This document shows positions 40,394 through 53,187 of a stretch of DNA of 64,000 nt, one piece after another (position 1 is the stretch's first letter; the number at the start of each line of letters is the position of its first letter). Source of the DNA: an uncultured delta proteobacterium (GTDB lineage Bacteria; Desulfobacterota; Binatia; DP-6); the NCBI GenBank assembly GCA_963815115.1, contig CAWFFN010000007.1, positions 864,001-928,000 on the forward strand, in the 5' to 3' direction. Position numbers and translations under genes: made by a program. The notes under the pieces were generated by a model, which was given only the letters and a program-made list of their open reading frames with translations, searched no databases and was not told the origin of the DNA.

Positions 40394-41117
40394 GTGTCGC
40401 CGAGCCTCACGACGTTCCTGTTCGAGGCTGCCAACTTTCTCCTGCTGGCGGTGGTGCTGGGGTGGGCCTTCTTCCGGCCGGTCCAGGATGCGATCGAGCG
40501 TCGCCGGGCCGCCCTCGAGGCGGAGCGCCGCGACTGCGAACGGACCCGTGCGGCCGCGGAGCAGCAGCTGGCGCAGGCCGAGGCCCGGCGGCGCGAGGTG
40601 GAGGCGTCACTCGCCCCCCTGCGAGCCGACGCCCGCCGGGAGGCGGATCGGCAGGCGGCGGCGATCCTCGAGAACGCCCGCTCCCAGGCCGCCGAGGAGC
40701 TCGGCCGCCTCGAGGCCGACCTCGCGGCACTGCGGCGCGAGAACGCCCGGACGCTCGCCCGCGACGCCGCCGAGGCGGCCGGGACGATCGTCGCGCGGCT
40801 CCTGGCGGAGATCGATGGTCCCGACCTCGATGCCGCGCTTGCGCGCGCGGCCTGCGACCGCCTCAAGGCCCTCCCCGATGCCAAGCGGGCAGGCCCCGTG
40901 GACGTCGAGACGGCGCGCCCGCTGGACGTCGAGACGCGCGCCCGGCTGGCGGAGGCGCTGGGTCCCGGGGTGACCGTGCACGACCACGTCGTCCCCGAGC
41001 TGGGTGCCGGCCTGCGGATCGTCACGCATGCTGGGCTCGTGGAGGCGTCCGCATCCGGCCTCGCCGCCTGGGCGGAGCGAGAGCTGCTCGCACGCATCGC
41101 GCCCGAGGACGAAGGCG

Positions 41118-41125
<8 letters not shown>
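40394..41125 (+). CDS. atpF: N-ATPase subunit b with fused delta-like C-terminus
   Basis: TFLFEAANFLLLAVVL..FFRPV, coiled coil, PELGAGLRI. Confidence 0.85.
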
Positions 41126-44840
<3,715 letters not shown>

Positions 44841-44841
44841 C

Positions 44842-45249
44842 GTGATGGATCGGCCCTGCCTGCACCTCGTCGTTCGCACGCCGCACGAAGTCGTCGCAGA
44901 TCTGACCGTGCTCTCGCTCCGAGTGCCCGCGGACACGGGGCAGGTGGGGATCCGGCCACGGGGAGAGGCGACCGTCACGCCGGTCGAACCGGGGTTGGTC
45001 CTGATCCGCACGGCGGACGGGATGCGCTTCCTCGGCACGGCGGGCGGGCTCCTCCGGACGGCGGCGCGAGAGGCCGTGCTGCTCACACCCGTCGCCGTCC
45101 TCGGCGACGACGCGGCGGCGGTCCTGGCGGCGGTCGACGCCGCGCTGGCTGGCCCCGATCCCGAACGCGAGCTGCGTCAGGCGATCGAGCGCCTCGAGGC
45201 GGGGCTCCTGCACGAGGTGCACGGGGGAGACCGTGGCGAGCGGCGGTGA
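44842..45249 (+). CDS. atpC: N-ATPase subunit epsilon
   Basis: LVVRTP…RVPADTGQVGIRP…EPG…GGLL. Confidence 0.85.
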   Translation: MMDRPCLHLVVRTPHEVVADLTVLSLRVPADTGQVGIRPRGEATVTPVEPGLVLIRTADGMRFLGTAGGLLRTAAREAVLLTPVAVLGDDAAAVLAAVDAALAGPDPERELRQAIERLEAGLLHEVHGGDRGERR

Positions 45250-45526
45250 CGGTGGCGAGCGGCCCGACATGCGCCGCTCGATCGAGCGCGACGCGCGCCG
45301 GCACGCACGCCGCGAGCCGACGGCGGCGACCTTCTGGCGATCCCTCTCGGTGCTGGGCACGGTGGGCTGGTCGATCGCCCTCCCCGCGGCGGGCGGCGCG
45401 CTTCTCGGGCATCATCTGGACACCCGACTCGGTACCGGTGTGCGCTTGACGTTGATCCTGCTCACAGCCGGCGTGCTGGTCGGCGGCGTGCTCGCCTGGC
45501 ACGCACTGGGACGCGACCGGGAGTGA
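45233..45526 (+). CDS. atpQ: AtpQ/AtpZ-like membrane protein
   Basis: LGTVGWSIALP..GGALLG..LD. Confidence 0.85.
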   Translation: MASGGDGGERPDMRRSIERDARRHARREPTAATFWRSLSVLGTVGWSIALPAAGGALLGHHLDTRLGTGVRLTLILLTAGVLVGGVLAWHALGRDRE

Positions 45527-46203
45527 GCGGCATGGACGTGCGGGTCTTCGGGGAGTCGGTCCCCTTCCACCTGGGCACCGTTCCGGTGACGACGACGATG
45601 CTCACCACGCTCGGCGTGTCGGCGGTTCTGGTTGCCGCGGCGCTGGCGCTGCGGCACGCGGTGGCGCGGCGGCCGGAGAGCGGGCTCTCGGCCCTCGCTT
45701 TCCTCACCGTCGAGTGGCTCGACGGCATGGTGCGGGAGATCGCCGGGCGCCCCGAGCCTCGGCTCGTCACGCTCGCCGGCACCCTGTTCCTGTACATCGC
45801 CGGCGCGAACCTCTCGGGCCTTCTGCCCGGCGTCCGTCGGCCGACGGCGAGCCTCGCCGCCACCTCGGCGCTCGCGGCGGTGGTCTTCGCGGCGGTGCCG
45901 CTGGCGGGCATCGCGGCACGCGGCGTCCGCGGCTATCTCGCGCACTACCTCCGGCCGAACCCGCTCCTCCTGCCGCTCCACCTCATCTCCGAGGTGTCGC
46001 GCACCGTCGCCCTGTCGATGCGGCTGTTCGGGAACATGATGTCGGGGCAGCTCGTCGTGGCGCTCCTCGTCGCGCTCACGGGTTTGCTCGTCCCGATGCC
46101 GCTCATGGCGCTGGACCTGCTGATCGGCCTGCTCCAGGCCTACATCTTCGCCGTCCTGGCCACGGTTTACGTTGGCGCGGCCATCCGCGCGGCGGAGGGG
46201 TGA
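45523..46203 (+). CDS. atpB: N-ATPase subunit a
   Basis: PTASL, SRTVALSMRLFGNM (conserved Arg), LQAYIFAVLATVY. Confidence 0.93.
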   Translation: MSGMDVRVFGESVPFHLGTVPVTTTMLTTLGVSAVLVAAALALRHAVARRPESGLSALAFLTVEWLDGMVREIAGRPEPRLVTLAGTLFLYIAGANLSGLLPGVRRPTASLAATSALAAVVFAAVPLAGIAARGVRGYLAHYLRPNPLLLPLHLISEVSRTVALSMRLFGNMMSGQLVVALLVALTGLLVPMPLMALDLLIGLLQAYIFAVLATVYVGAAIRAAEG

Positions 46204-46358
46204 GGCTGCCGCGCCACCTGCAGCGCCGCGGCTTCCGCGCCCAGGCCCCTCCTCGCCTCGCTGCTCGCTGGCATTGTCACCAGTGGTGCTTTTGCAAAAG
46301 CTCGGACCACGGATTCCCGCCGCTGGGAAAGAACGCCGAGGGCCGAGGCCGCCGACGG

Positions 46359-46375
46359 TTGGCAGCGCCATTGCA
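46359..46375 (+). promoter_or_regulatory. Putative sigma-54 promoter TTGGCAgcgccaTTGCA
   Basis: Exact GG-N10-GC spacing, about 40 bp upstream of ATG 46415. Confidence 0.45.
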
Positions 46376-46414
46376 AGGATCCCCGATGCAGGCCGCCAGA
46401 AAGGCAGTGTGGTC

Positions 46415-47530
46415 ATGAAGGATGCCCGCGGAGTCGAGCACTGGATGCTCGTCGAGGGGGACAAGGCCGTTCGCCCGGACATCCCCTACGCGGCCCGCTT
46501 CGAGAGTCTCGGCCTGAAGCTGCCGGAGAAGCGCCTCACGACCCGCGAGCTGCTCGAGAGCGCGGCGCATCATCCCCACATCGACCTCGAAGCGCTGACG
46601 GGGATCCGCGAGCGGCGCGTCTGCTCCGACGGCGAGGACTCCTTCACGCTCGCCGTCGCAGCGGCACGCGATTGCCTGGCACACTCGCGGCATCAGCCTC
46701 AGGACGTGGAGATGCTCATCTCGGCGAGCATCACCAAGTACAAGGGCGGCCTTCGCCAGCAGTTCGAGCCGCCGCTGAGCCTCGCCATCAAACGAGAGAT
46801 CGGGGCCGACGCGGCCAGGAGCTTCGACCTGTCGAACGCGTGCGCGGGCATGCTCACGGGGGTGTTCGTCCTGAACGACTTCATCCGCCGCGGGGTCATC
46901 CGCTGCGGCATGGTCGTCAGCGGCGAGTACATCTCGAGCCTGGACAGGAATGCGGCGCGGCAGATTCGCTTCATCCTGAGCAAGCAGCTGGCCTCGCTCA
47001 CACTGGGCGACGCAGGCGTCGCGGCGATCTTGGAGCGCGCCCCGGAGGGCAATCCCGGGATCACGTTCGCGGGATTCACGACACTCGCGGAGCACAGCCG
47101 CCTGTGCATCGGGATCCCGGCGAAGATCGGGCCGGGCGCGGCGATGTTCACCGAGGCACGCACGATCCACCGGGTCGCGATCGAGGACTCCCCGCCGCTG
47201 CTGGCCGATGCCCTCGAGGAGACGGGTCTCAGCTTTGCGGACGTCGACTACCTCGTTCCGCACCAGACCTCTTCGCGGGCGATCCGAAAGGCCTCCCGCG
47301 AGTTCACCGCCCGTCTGGGCATGTCGCCGAAGAACTTCGTCGACAACGTCGCCGAGCGCGGCAACACCGCATCGACGACGCACTTCGTCGCACTGTACGA
47401 GTACCTCGAGGCAGAGCGGTTCAAGAAGGGCGACGAGATCCTGCTCCTCTCGCTCGCGTCGGGACTCGAGGTGGGTATCGTCATCTTCCGGATGGACGAG
47501 CTGGTGGATCACTATGGGCACGCGCATTGA
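46415..47530 (+). CDS. 3-oxoacyl-ACP synthase III family (FabH/OleA-like), catalytic
   Basis: TGIRERR, DLSNACAG (Cys), PHQT (His), GNTAS (Asn). Confidence 0.9.
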   Translation: MKDARGVEHWMLVEGDKAVRPDIPYAARFESLGLKLPEKRLTTRELLESAAHHPHIDLEALTGIRERRVCSDGEDSFTLAVAAARDCLAHSRHQPQDVEMLISASITKYKGGLRQQFEPPLSLAIKREIGADAARSFDLSNACAGMLTGVFVLNDFIRRGVIRCGMVVSGEYISSLDRNAARQIRFILSKQLASLTLGDAGVAAILERAPEGNPGITFAGFTTLAEHSRLCIGIPAKIGPGAAMFTEARTIHRVAIEDSPPLLADALEETGLSFADVDYLVPHQTSSRAIRKASREFTARLGMSPKNFVDNVAERGNTASTTHFVALYEYLEAERFKKGDEILLLSLASGLEVGIVIFRMDELVDHYGHAH

Positions 47531-48425
47531 GGCTGTCGCCACGGCGCACGCCGGCCGCGGGCCGTTCCGGAAGGGAGCGCTGCAGCTCGCCGACGCGGCC
47601 GCGCGCGCGTGCCTCGCCCGTGCGCATCTGGAAGCGAGCGACATCGATCTGCTCCTCAACGCGGGGCTCTACCGCGAGGACAATCTCACCGAGCCCGCGC
47701 TCGCGGCGCTGATCCAGGAGGACATCGGCGCAAACCCGGGTCACCCCCCGCGCAAGGGCGCGCACGGCACCTTCTCCTTCGACGTTGCGAACGGTGGCTG
47801 CGGGGTGCTCACCGCGCTCGAGCTGCTCGACGGCTTCGTGCGCTCGGGCACGATCCGGACAGGCCTGGTCGTCGCGAGCGACTCGGAGCCCGACGACTCC
47901 GAGTCGTTCCCATTCCCGGCGGTGGGGGGCGCGGTGCTCGTGCGGCCGACGCGCGATGGCGAGGGCTTCGTCGACTTCGCATTCGAGACGTTCGACGAGG
48001 CCGCCGGGCACTTCGAGAGCGCCATCAGCTGGCACGACAAGGCCTGGCACCTCCCCCTGTCGAGGACGGGGACGAACGTGCTGACGGTCGTACAAGGGCA
48101 CGCATACGAGCTCCGGGCGATCGAGTGCGCCGAGGAAGCGACGCGCCGGTTCCTGGCGCGTCACGAGGTCGGCGCTCGATCCGTCGACCTCGCGATCCTC
48201 AGCCAGTCCCCAACGGGGTTCGCGGACGGCCTCGCGGCCCGCCTCGACCTTGCGCGAGGATGCGTCGCGCACGTCGCGGACGAACTCCTGGGCACGCACA
48301 CGGCGAGCCCCATCGCCGCACTCGACGCGGCGATCGAGTCGGGGAAGTTCGCCGAGGCGAGGACCATCCTCTTTGCGACCGTGGGCGCGGGCATCGTCGT
48401 GGGGCTCGCGCTGTATCGGAAGTGA
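47514..48425 (+). CDS. KAS III-fold partner protein lacking the canonical triad
   Basis: EPALAALIQ, FDVANGGCG, ILSQS in place of PHQ, GTHTAS in place of GNT; overlaps the preceding gene. Confidence 0.75.
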   Translation: MGTRIEAVATAHAGRGPFRKGALQLADAAARACLARAHLEASDIDLLLNAGLYREDNLTEPALAALIQEDIGANPGHPPRKGAHGTFSFDVANGGCGVLTALELLDGFVRSGTIRTGLVVASDSEPDDSESFPFPAVGGAVLVRPTRDGEGFVDFAFETFDEAAGHFESAISWHDKAWHLPLSRTGTNVLTVVQGHAYELRAIECAEEATRRFLARHEVGARSVDLAILSQSPTGFADGLAARLDLARGCVAHVADELLGTHTASPIAALDAAIESGKFAEARTILFATVGAGIVVGLALYRK

Positions 48426-48580
48426 TCAGCCCTACGGTGCGGGCGGTCACGTCCAGCGTGAGGGCGGCACGAAGGGCCGCCATTCCCCTCGGCCTGCGCG
48501 AGACCGTCGGCGATGGTTCCCCGAGGTGACGCGTCCAGGCCGGGTCTCTACGCTCTTTCGATCGTGGTACGCTCCCGCTC

Positions 48581-50341
48581 ATGGGCAAGGACTTCTACCA
48601 CCCCGACATGCAGCTGTTCGTCGATCAGCGCGTCGACTGGGCCCGCTACGTCAGGCTCATGCGCGGGTCGGCGGCGAATCCCGGTGAAGAGGTCGCGACG
48701 TACCGAGCCATTCTCCTGAGCATCGGCGAGGTTTGCGAGGCGATCGAATCGGACTCGCACGGGCACTGGTACGACGAGGTCCGGCTCGAGGAGGGCACCG
48801 TCGTCGTCCCACCGCATATCGCAGCCGGGTACAAGAAGCTCCAGGACGCGGGGCTGCTCTGCCTGACGTTGAGCCCGGAGTTCGGCGGCTATGGGCTCCC
48901 GCTCCTGCTCAACTGCTTCTATCTCGAGATGATCGCGCGGGCGGACGCGAGCCTCATGACCATCATCGGTCTCCAGGGCGGCGTGGCACAGGACATCGAG
49001 AAGTACGGGACGGACGAGCTCCGGCGGCGCTATCTCCCCGGCTTCCTATCGGGCGAGCTGCAGGGGGCCATGGACCTGACCGAGCCGCAGGCCGGCTCCG
49101 ATCTTGGCGGCATCACCACCCGCGTGACCGAGGAGCACGGTCGCTTCGTGATCGATGGGGAGAAGATATTCATCACCAACGGCGGCGCCCCCGTCCACCT
49201 CGTCCTTGCCCGGGATGTCGCGACCTACGACCAGTCGAAAGGAACGACGGGCGGCCTCTCGCTCATGCTCTGCCCACGCTCCCTTCCCGATGGACGCCCC
49301 AACGGCGTCAACGTTGTCCGTGTGGAGAAGAAGCTCGGCATCCACGGCTCGCCCACCTGCGTGATCGACTTCGACCATGCCGAGGCGTCCCTGCTCGGCA
49401 CCCGCGGCCAGGGCTTCCGGGCGATGCTCGATCTCATGAACAACGCGCGGCTCGGCGTCGCCGCGCAGGCGATAGGGATCGCCGAGTCCGCGTTTCGCGA
49501 GGCGTTCGAGTTCGCTCAGACACGGGTGCAGTTCGACCAGCCCATCGTGCGCCAGCCCCTCGTCAAATCCATGCTCGGCCACATGAGGTTGAACATCCAG
49601 GCTGCGCGGGCCCTACTCTACCGCACCTGTGCGCTGGTCGACATGACCGACGCGCTGCGCGGCTACCTCGCCACGGACCGCGGGCAGGCCGATCCGCAGC
49701 GCACCGACCTCCAGGCCGAGGCGGACCACAACCTGCAGCTCGTGCGCTTCTTCACCCCGCTCTGCAAGTACTATGCGACCGAGCTCTCGAACCACGTCAC
49801 CCGCCAGGCGATCCAGGTGCACGGCGGCATCGGCTACATGGCCGAGACCGTGCTGGGACATCGTCACGCCGACTCCATCATCACCACCATCTACGAGGGG
49901 ACATCCGAGATCCAGGCGAGCTTCGCGCTGAAGGAGATGAGCAAGGGGGCCCTGTTCACCGCGCTGGAGGACGTTCGCGCCGAGCTCCTGCCCTTGCTCG
50001 AGCGCCACGAGCAACCGGTGCAGCTCGTGTTCACCGGCATCGGCTGGATCAACAGCTGCCTCGGGGCGCTCACCGGCGACCCGCAATACGCGCTGCTCAA
50101 TGCCAAGCGCCTCTGCGAGATGGTCATCGACGTCGTGGTCGCGGCCGAACTGCTGCGCCAGGGCGACGTGGGCGACGAGAGCCGCCGCCAGGTTGCCCGG
50201 TCCTTCGTGAGTCTGAACATCCCGGCGGTGGAGCTGAACGCCCGCCGGATCGCTGCCGGTGACTCGTCCCGCCTCGAGGACTACGATCGCATCCTGGGGC
50301 TCGGCCAGTGCGCGCGAGCGGGCGCACCGGGGGATCGATAG
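48581..50341 (+). CDS. Acyl-CoA dehydrogenase
   Basis: MDLTEPQAGSDL, GEKIFIT, EKKLGIHGSPTC, IQVHGGIGY, IYEGTSEIQ. Confidence 0.95.
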   Translation: MGKDFYHPDMQLFVDQRVDWARYVRLMRGSAANPGEEVATYRAILLSIGEVCEAIESDSHGHWYDEVRLEEGTVVVPPHIAAGYKKLQDAGLLCLTLSPEFGGYGLPLLLNCFYLEMIARADASLMTIIGLQGGVAQDIEKYGTDELRRRYLPGFLSGELQGAMDLTEPQAGSDLGGITTRVTEEHGRFVIDGEKIFITNGGAPVHLVLARDVATYDQSKGTTGGLSLMLCPRSLPDGRPNGVNVVRVEKKLGIHGSPTCVIDFDHAEASLLGTRGQGFRAMLDLMNNARLGVAAQAIGIAESAFREAFEFAQTRVQFDQPIVRQPLVKSMLGHMRLNIQAARALLYRTCALVDMTDALRGYLATDRGQADPQRTDLQAEADHNLQLVRFFTPLCKYYATELSNHVTRQAIQVHGGIGYMAETVLGHRHADSIITTIYEGTSEIQASFALKEMSKGALFTALEDVRAELLPLLERHEQPVQLVFTGIGWINSCLGALTGDPQYALLNAKRLCEMVIDVVVAAELLRQGDVGDESRRQVARSFVSLNIPAVELNARRIAAGDSSRLEDYDRILGLGQCARAGAPGDR

Positions 50342-50563
50342 CCATCCGGCCTGGGCGACCGTGGGCGAGTCCGGCATCGTGGGTGGCGACGCGCTCGAAC
50401 CGCGCGCCGACTGTCATTCCAGGAGGGTCGCGTCCCCTCCTCGCATCCAGGCCTCGTCCGGGCGCGCGTGCCCCTTGCGGGCCGCAAAGAGATAGGCCCC
50501 AAATGGGGCCCGTCCTGGATAACCAATATCCTGGCGGACGACTCGCCCCGAGAACTCACGAAC

Positions 50564-50614
50564 TTCCGAGCGCGCCCGCCCCGACTCGAACGGGGGACCT
50601 GCAGGTTCGAAGCC
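50564..50614 (-). repeat. att site: displaced 3' half of tRNA-Arg
   Basis: ttccgagcgcgcccgccccgactcgaacgggggacctgcaggttcgaagcc matches 62183-62233. Confidence 0.92.
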
Positions 50615-50743
50615 GGATCCAGACGAGTGAGGCCCTGCCCCGCCAGGTATGGGTTTCCATGCCTCTCGCCTGTCTTTTCAGCGTCCTGACTGCGAGCGCG
50701 AATTCGTTAGCCTTCGCTGGGGTTCGATCGAGTTCGACCGGCT

Positions 50744-50764
50744 ACTGACACCAGAACTGACACC
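50744..50764 (+). repeat. ACTGACACCAGAACTGACACC, putative integrase arm-type site (identical copy at 62100-62120)
   Basis: Two ACTGACACC units at 12-bp spacing just inside both att ends. Confidence 0.7.
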
Positions 50765-50817
50765 GGGCCCGCTCGAGGTAGGGTCTCGAAGTTTACTCCG
50801 CACCCCACCCGGCTCGA

Positions 50818-51309
50818 TCATGCGAACAGACTCGCGATACAGGCGGTCGGCTCCAGCAGGGTCGCGTCGTACGTCTCTGTGGTCAGGCTCGTCATCGTGA
50901 CCTGCACGCCGCCCCTGCGCTGTCCCCTCTGCGACGGGTCCCCCGGAGGTGCCGTGGCCGCCCGACGGTCGTACCTGAGCGATCCTCCGAGTATCCCATC
51001 GACCTCGTCGGCGACCCCGGAGAGGCGCGCGTACCCGCCGTGCGAGAGTAACCCGAGCCGCTGCGACAGCCGCAGCGTGATGCGGAGTGCGTCGAGCCGC
51101 CCGCTCGCCTCGGCCAGCGTCTCGCCCTTCTCGGTGCGGCGGTTCGCGACGGTGAGGAGCACCATCATCTGGAGCGCGTCCTCCAGGATGACGCACCCGA
51201 GGAGTGTGCGCTGTGCGCGTGGGAAGCGGTTCACATGTTCGTACAGACCGGCGCAGAGATCGTAAGACCGTTGCACGACGGGAATCAGGTTCTCCTGACG
51301 GTGGGTTAT
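50818..51309 (-). CDS. avd: DGR accessory protein Avd (four-helix bundle), probably decaying
   Basis: VVQRSYDL…VNRFPRAQRTLLG..I…LDALRITLRLSQRLGLLS…Y…EVDGILGG; the in-frame codon after RBS GGAGGGAG is ATA (51307-51309), with an alternative GTG at 51276. Confidence 0.8.
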   Translation of the reverse strand: MTHRQENLIPVVQRSYDLCAGLYEHVNRFPRAQRTLLGCVILEDALQMMVLLTVANRRTEKGETLAEASGRLDALRITLRLSQRLGLLSHGGYARLSGVADEVDGILGGSLRYDRRAATAPPGDPSQRGQRRGGVQVTMTSLTTETYDATLLEPTACIASLFA

Positions 51310-51327
51310 CGCGCTCCCTCCGCCGGA

Positions 51328-51401
51328 CCCTCCTCGGGCGGCACGGGCTCACGCCCGCCCCTCCGAGGAGGGCCAAGGGTCAAAGAACCAAAGAGCCAAA
51401 G
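51328..51401 (-). promoter_or_regulatory. IMH-like CTTTG repeats plus GC-rich hairpin downstream of the last target gene
   Basis: Minus strand CTTTGGCTCTTTGGTTCTTTGACCCTTGG, then CCCTCCTCGG…CGGGC-GTGA-GCCCG…CCGAGGAGGG. Confidence 0.55.
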
Positions 51402-51413
51402 CCCGGGGACGAC

Positions 51414-52298
51414 TCAGCGAGCACACCGGAAGCCGACGGCGGCTTGTATATTGCTATCGCCGTTGGCAGTCACCTTGAAGACTCCGTCATTACCCGCGCC
51501 ACCGCTGAAAAAGCCTCCGCGAGACAACGGGCCCGGAAGCTGGTGGAAAAAGAGGGTGCCTCCGTTGCCAGGAAACGTAGTGGGGCTACCGTCCCCCCCC
51601 ACGCAACTCGTGTCGTGACCTGCGATCCCGGTCTGGTGCGTCCAGTCGGCGCAGGGACCACTCGAATTGTCCACCCAGTCCGCCACCCACTCGTCCACGT
51701 TCCCCACCAGGTCGAACACGCCCCAGCTCGACTTGCAGCTGCTGCGGGAGCCTGCGTTCACGAGCCCGGGTGAATTGACGGCACAGTCCGTTGTCCGGTT
51801 GTCCGAGCCCGGATTGGGCGTTCCGGCGGCCGCCCCCTGCCACTCGCTGTTCCTCAGCAGCCTCTTGCCCGAGAGCAGGCATGCCTGGTTCGCCTGGAAC
51901 CAGGTCATGCACCCGTTCGGCAGCACTCCCGGGATCGAGACGGCGTAAACCCCCGGCGACGGCGGGTGCGACCCCTGGACCGGCGTCCAGTTCCCGTCGG
52001 GGGGGAAGTTCTTCGGGGAGTCGGCGGCTATCACCCCGATGCACACGAAGGTTGAATTGAGCTGCGTCGCCCCGCCGGCCGTGAGATCGGCGAGCGTGGC
52101 TTTCCCTTGCTGCACCTTCTTCACGAGCGACGTGTTCGAGGGCGGGATCTTCCACACGCTCGCCTCGTAGAGGTCAACGCAGACGGTGCCGACCTTCACC
52201 GAGTCGGGCGGGCACTTGGACGCCCCCGCGCCGGGCGACAGGGCGGCCAGCCAGACGGCCGTGCAAACAACGATTGAGCACCTGCGAAGGCCCTTCAT
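51414..52298 (-). CDS. Secreted FGE-sulfatase/CLec-fold protein, DGR-target-like, copy 3
   Basis: CVDLYEAS, GKRLL..EWQ.AA, GVFDLVGNVDEWV, RGG…GVF…GFRCAR. Confidence 0.9.
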   Translation of the reverse strand: MKGLRRCSIVVCTAVWLAALSPGAGASKCPPDSVKVGTVCVDLYEASVWKIPPSNTSLVKKVQQGKATLADLTAGGATQLNSTFVCIGVIAADSPKNFPPDGNWTPVQGSHPPSPGVYAVSIPGVLPNGCMTWFQANQACLLSGKRLLRNSEWQGAAAGTPNPGSDNRTTDCAVNSPGLVNAGSRSSCKSSWGVFDLVGNVDEWVADWVDNSSGPCADWTHQTGIAGHDTSCVGGDGSPTTFPGNGGTLFFHQLPGPLSRGGFFSGGAGNDGVFKVTANGDSNIQAAVGFRCAR

Positions 52299-52317
52299 GA
52301 TGTCACCCGACGACTAG

Positions 52318-53172
52318 CTAGTGCGCACAGCGGAACCCCGTGCCGCCGACGCCGTTCGACAGGACGTTGTCCGGTTCGTCGGCATTCGCCGCGAAGACTC
52401 CGGCGTCCGTGCTAAGTGGGAAGAAGCCGCCGCGAAGCAAACCACCCGGAATCTGGCCGTAGAATCCGCTGCCGTTGACTCCCCCGAAGCAGCTGCGATC
52501 GTGACCAGGGATTCCCACCTGGTTCGTCCAGTCGGTGCACGCCGCGCTCAGGTCCTCCCATTCAGCCACCCACTCATCCACGTTCCCCACCATGTCGAAC
52601 ACGCCCCAGCTCGACTTACAGCTCGACCGGGAGCCCGTGTTCACGGTGTCCTTTACGAACGAGATGTTGCAGTCCGTCGTCCCGTTGTCCGTCCCCGGGT
52701 CCGACGTGCCCGCTGCTGCGGCTTGCCACTCCCGGTTCGTCAGCAGTCGCTTGCCCGAGAGCAGGCACGCCTGGTTCGCTTGGAACCAGCTGGTGCCGAC
52801 GGTCGGCTGCACCCCGGGGATGGACACCGCATAGACCCCCGGCGACGGCGGGTTCGATCCGGGAACGGGTGTCCAGTTGCCGTCTTGCGGGAAGTTAGCG
52901 GGGAAGTCCGTACTGCACGACGGCGAGGAGCACAGCTGCGTCGCCCCGCCCCCGATCAGGTCAGCGCGCGTCGCCTTGCCCGCCTGCACCTTCTTCACGA
53001 GCGACGTGTTCGAAGGCGGGATCTGCCACACGCTCGCCTCGTAGAGGTCAACGCAGACGTTGCCGACCTTCACCGAGTCGGGCGGGCACTTGGACGCCCC
53101 CGCGCCGGCCGACAGGGCGGCCAGCCAGACGGCCGTGCAAACAACGATTGAGCACCTGCGAAGGCCCTTCAT
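52318..53172 (-). CDS. Secreted FGE-sulfatase/CLec-fold protein, DGR-target-like, copy 2
   Basis: Same motifs, ends GFRCAH; 5' end almost identical to copy 3. Confidence 0.9.
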   Translation of the reverse strand: MKGLRRCSIVVCTAVWLAALSAGAGASKCPPDSVKVGNVCVDLYEASVWQIPPSNTSLVKKVQAGKATRADLIGGGATQLCSSPSCSTDFPANFPQDGNWTPVPGSNPPSPGVYAVSIPGVQPTVGTSWFQANQACLLSGKRLLTNREWQAAAAGTSDPGTDNGTTDCNISFVKDTVNTGSRSSCKSSWGVFDMVGNVDEWVAEWEDLSAACTDWTNQVGIPGHDRSCFGGVNGSGFYGQIPGGLLRGGFFPLSTDAGVFAANADEPDNVLSNGVGGTGFRCAH

Positions 53173-53187
53173 GATGTCACCCGACGC

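Noticed and set aside
50615-50817. Possible DGR template repeat or RT start downstream of avd
   Set aside because: No AAC-rich copy of RGG…GFRC and no RT motifs; the segment holds only the arm-like repeat and att-proximal sequence.
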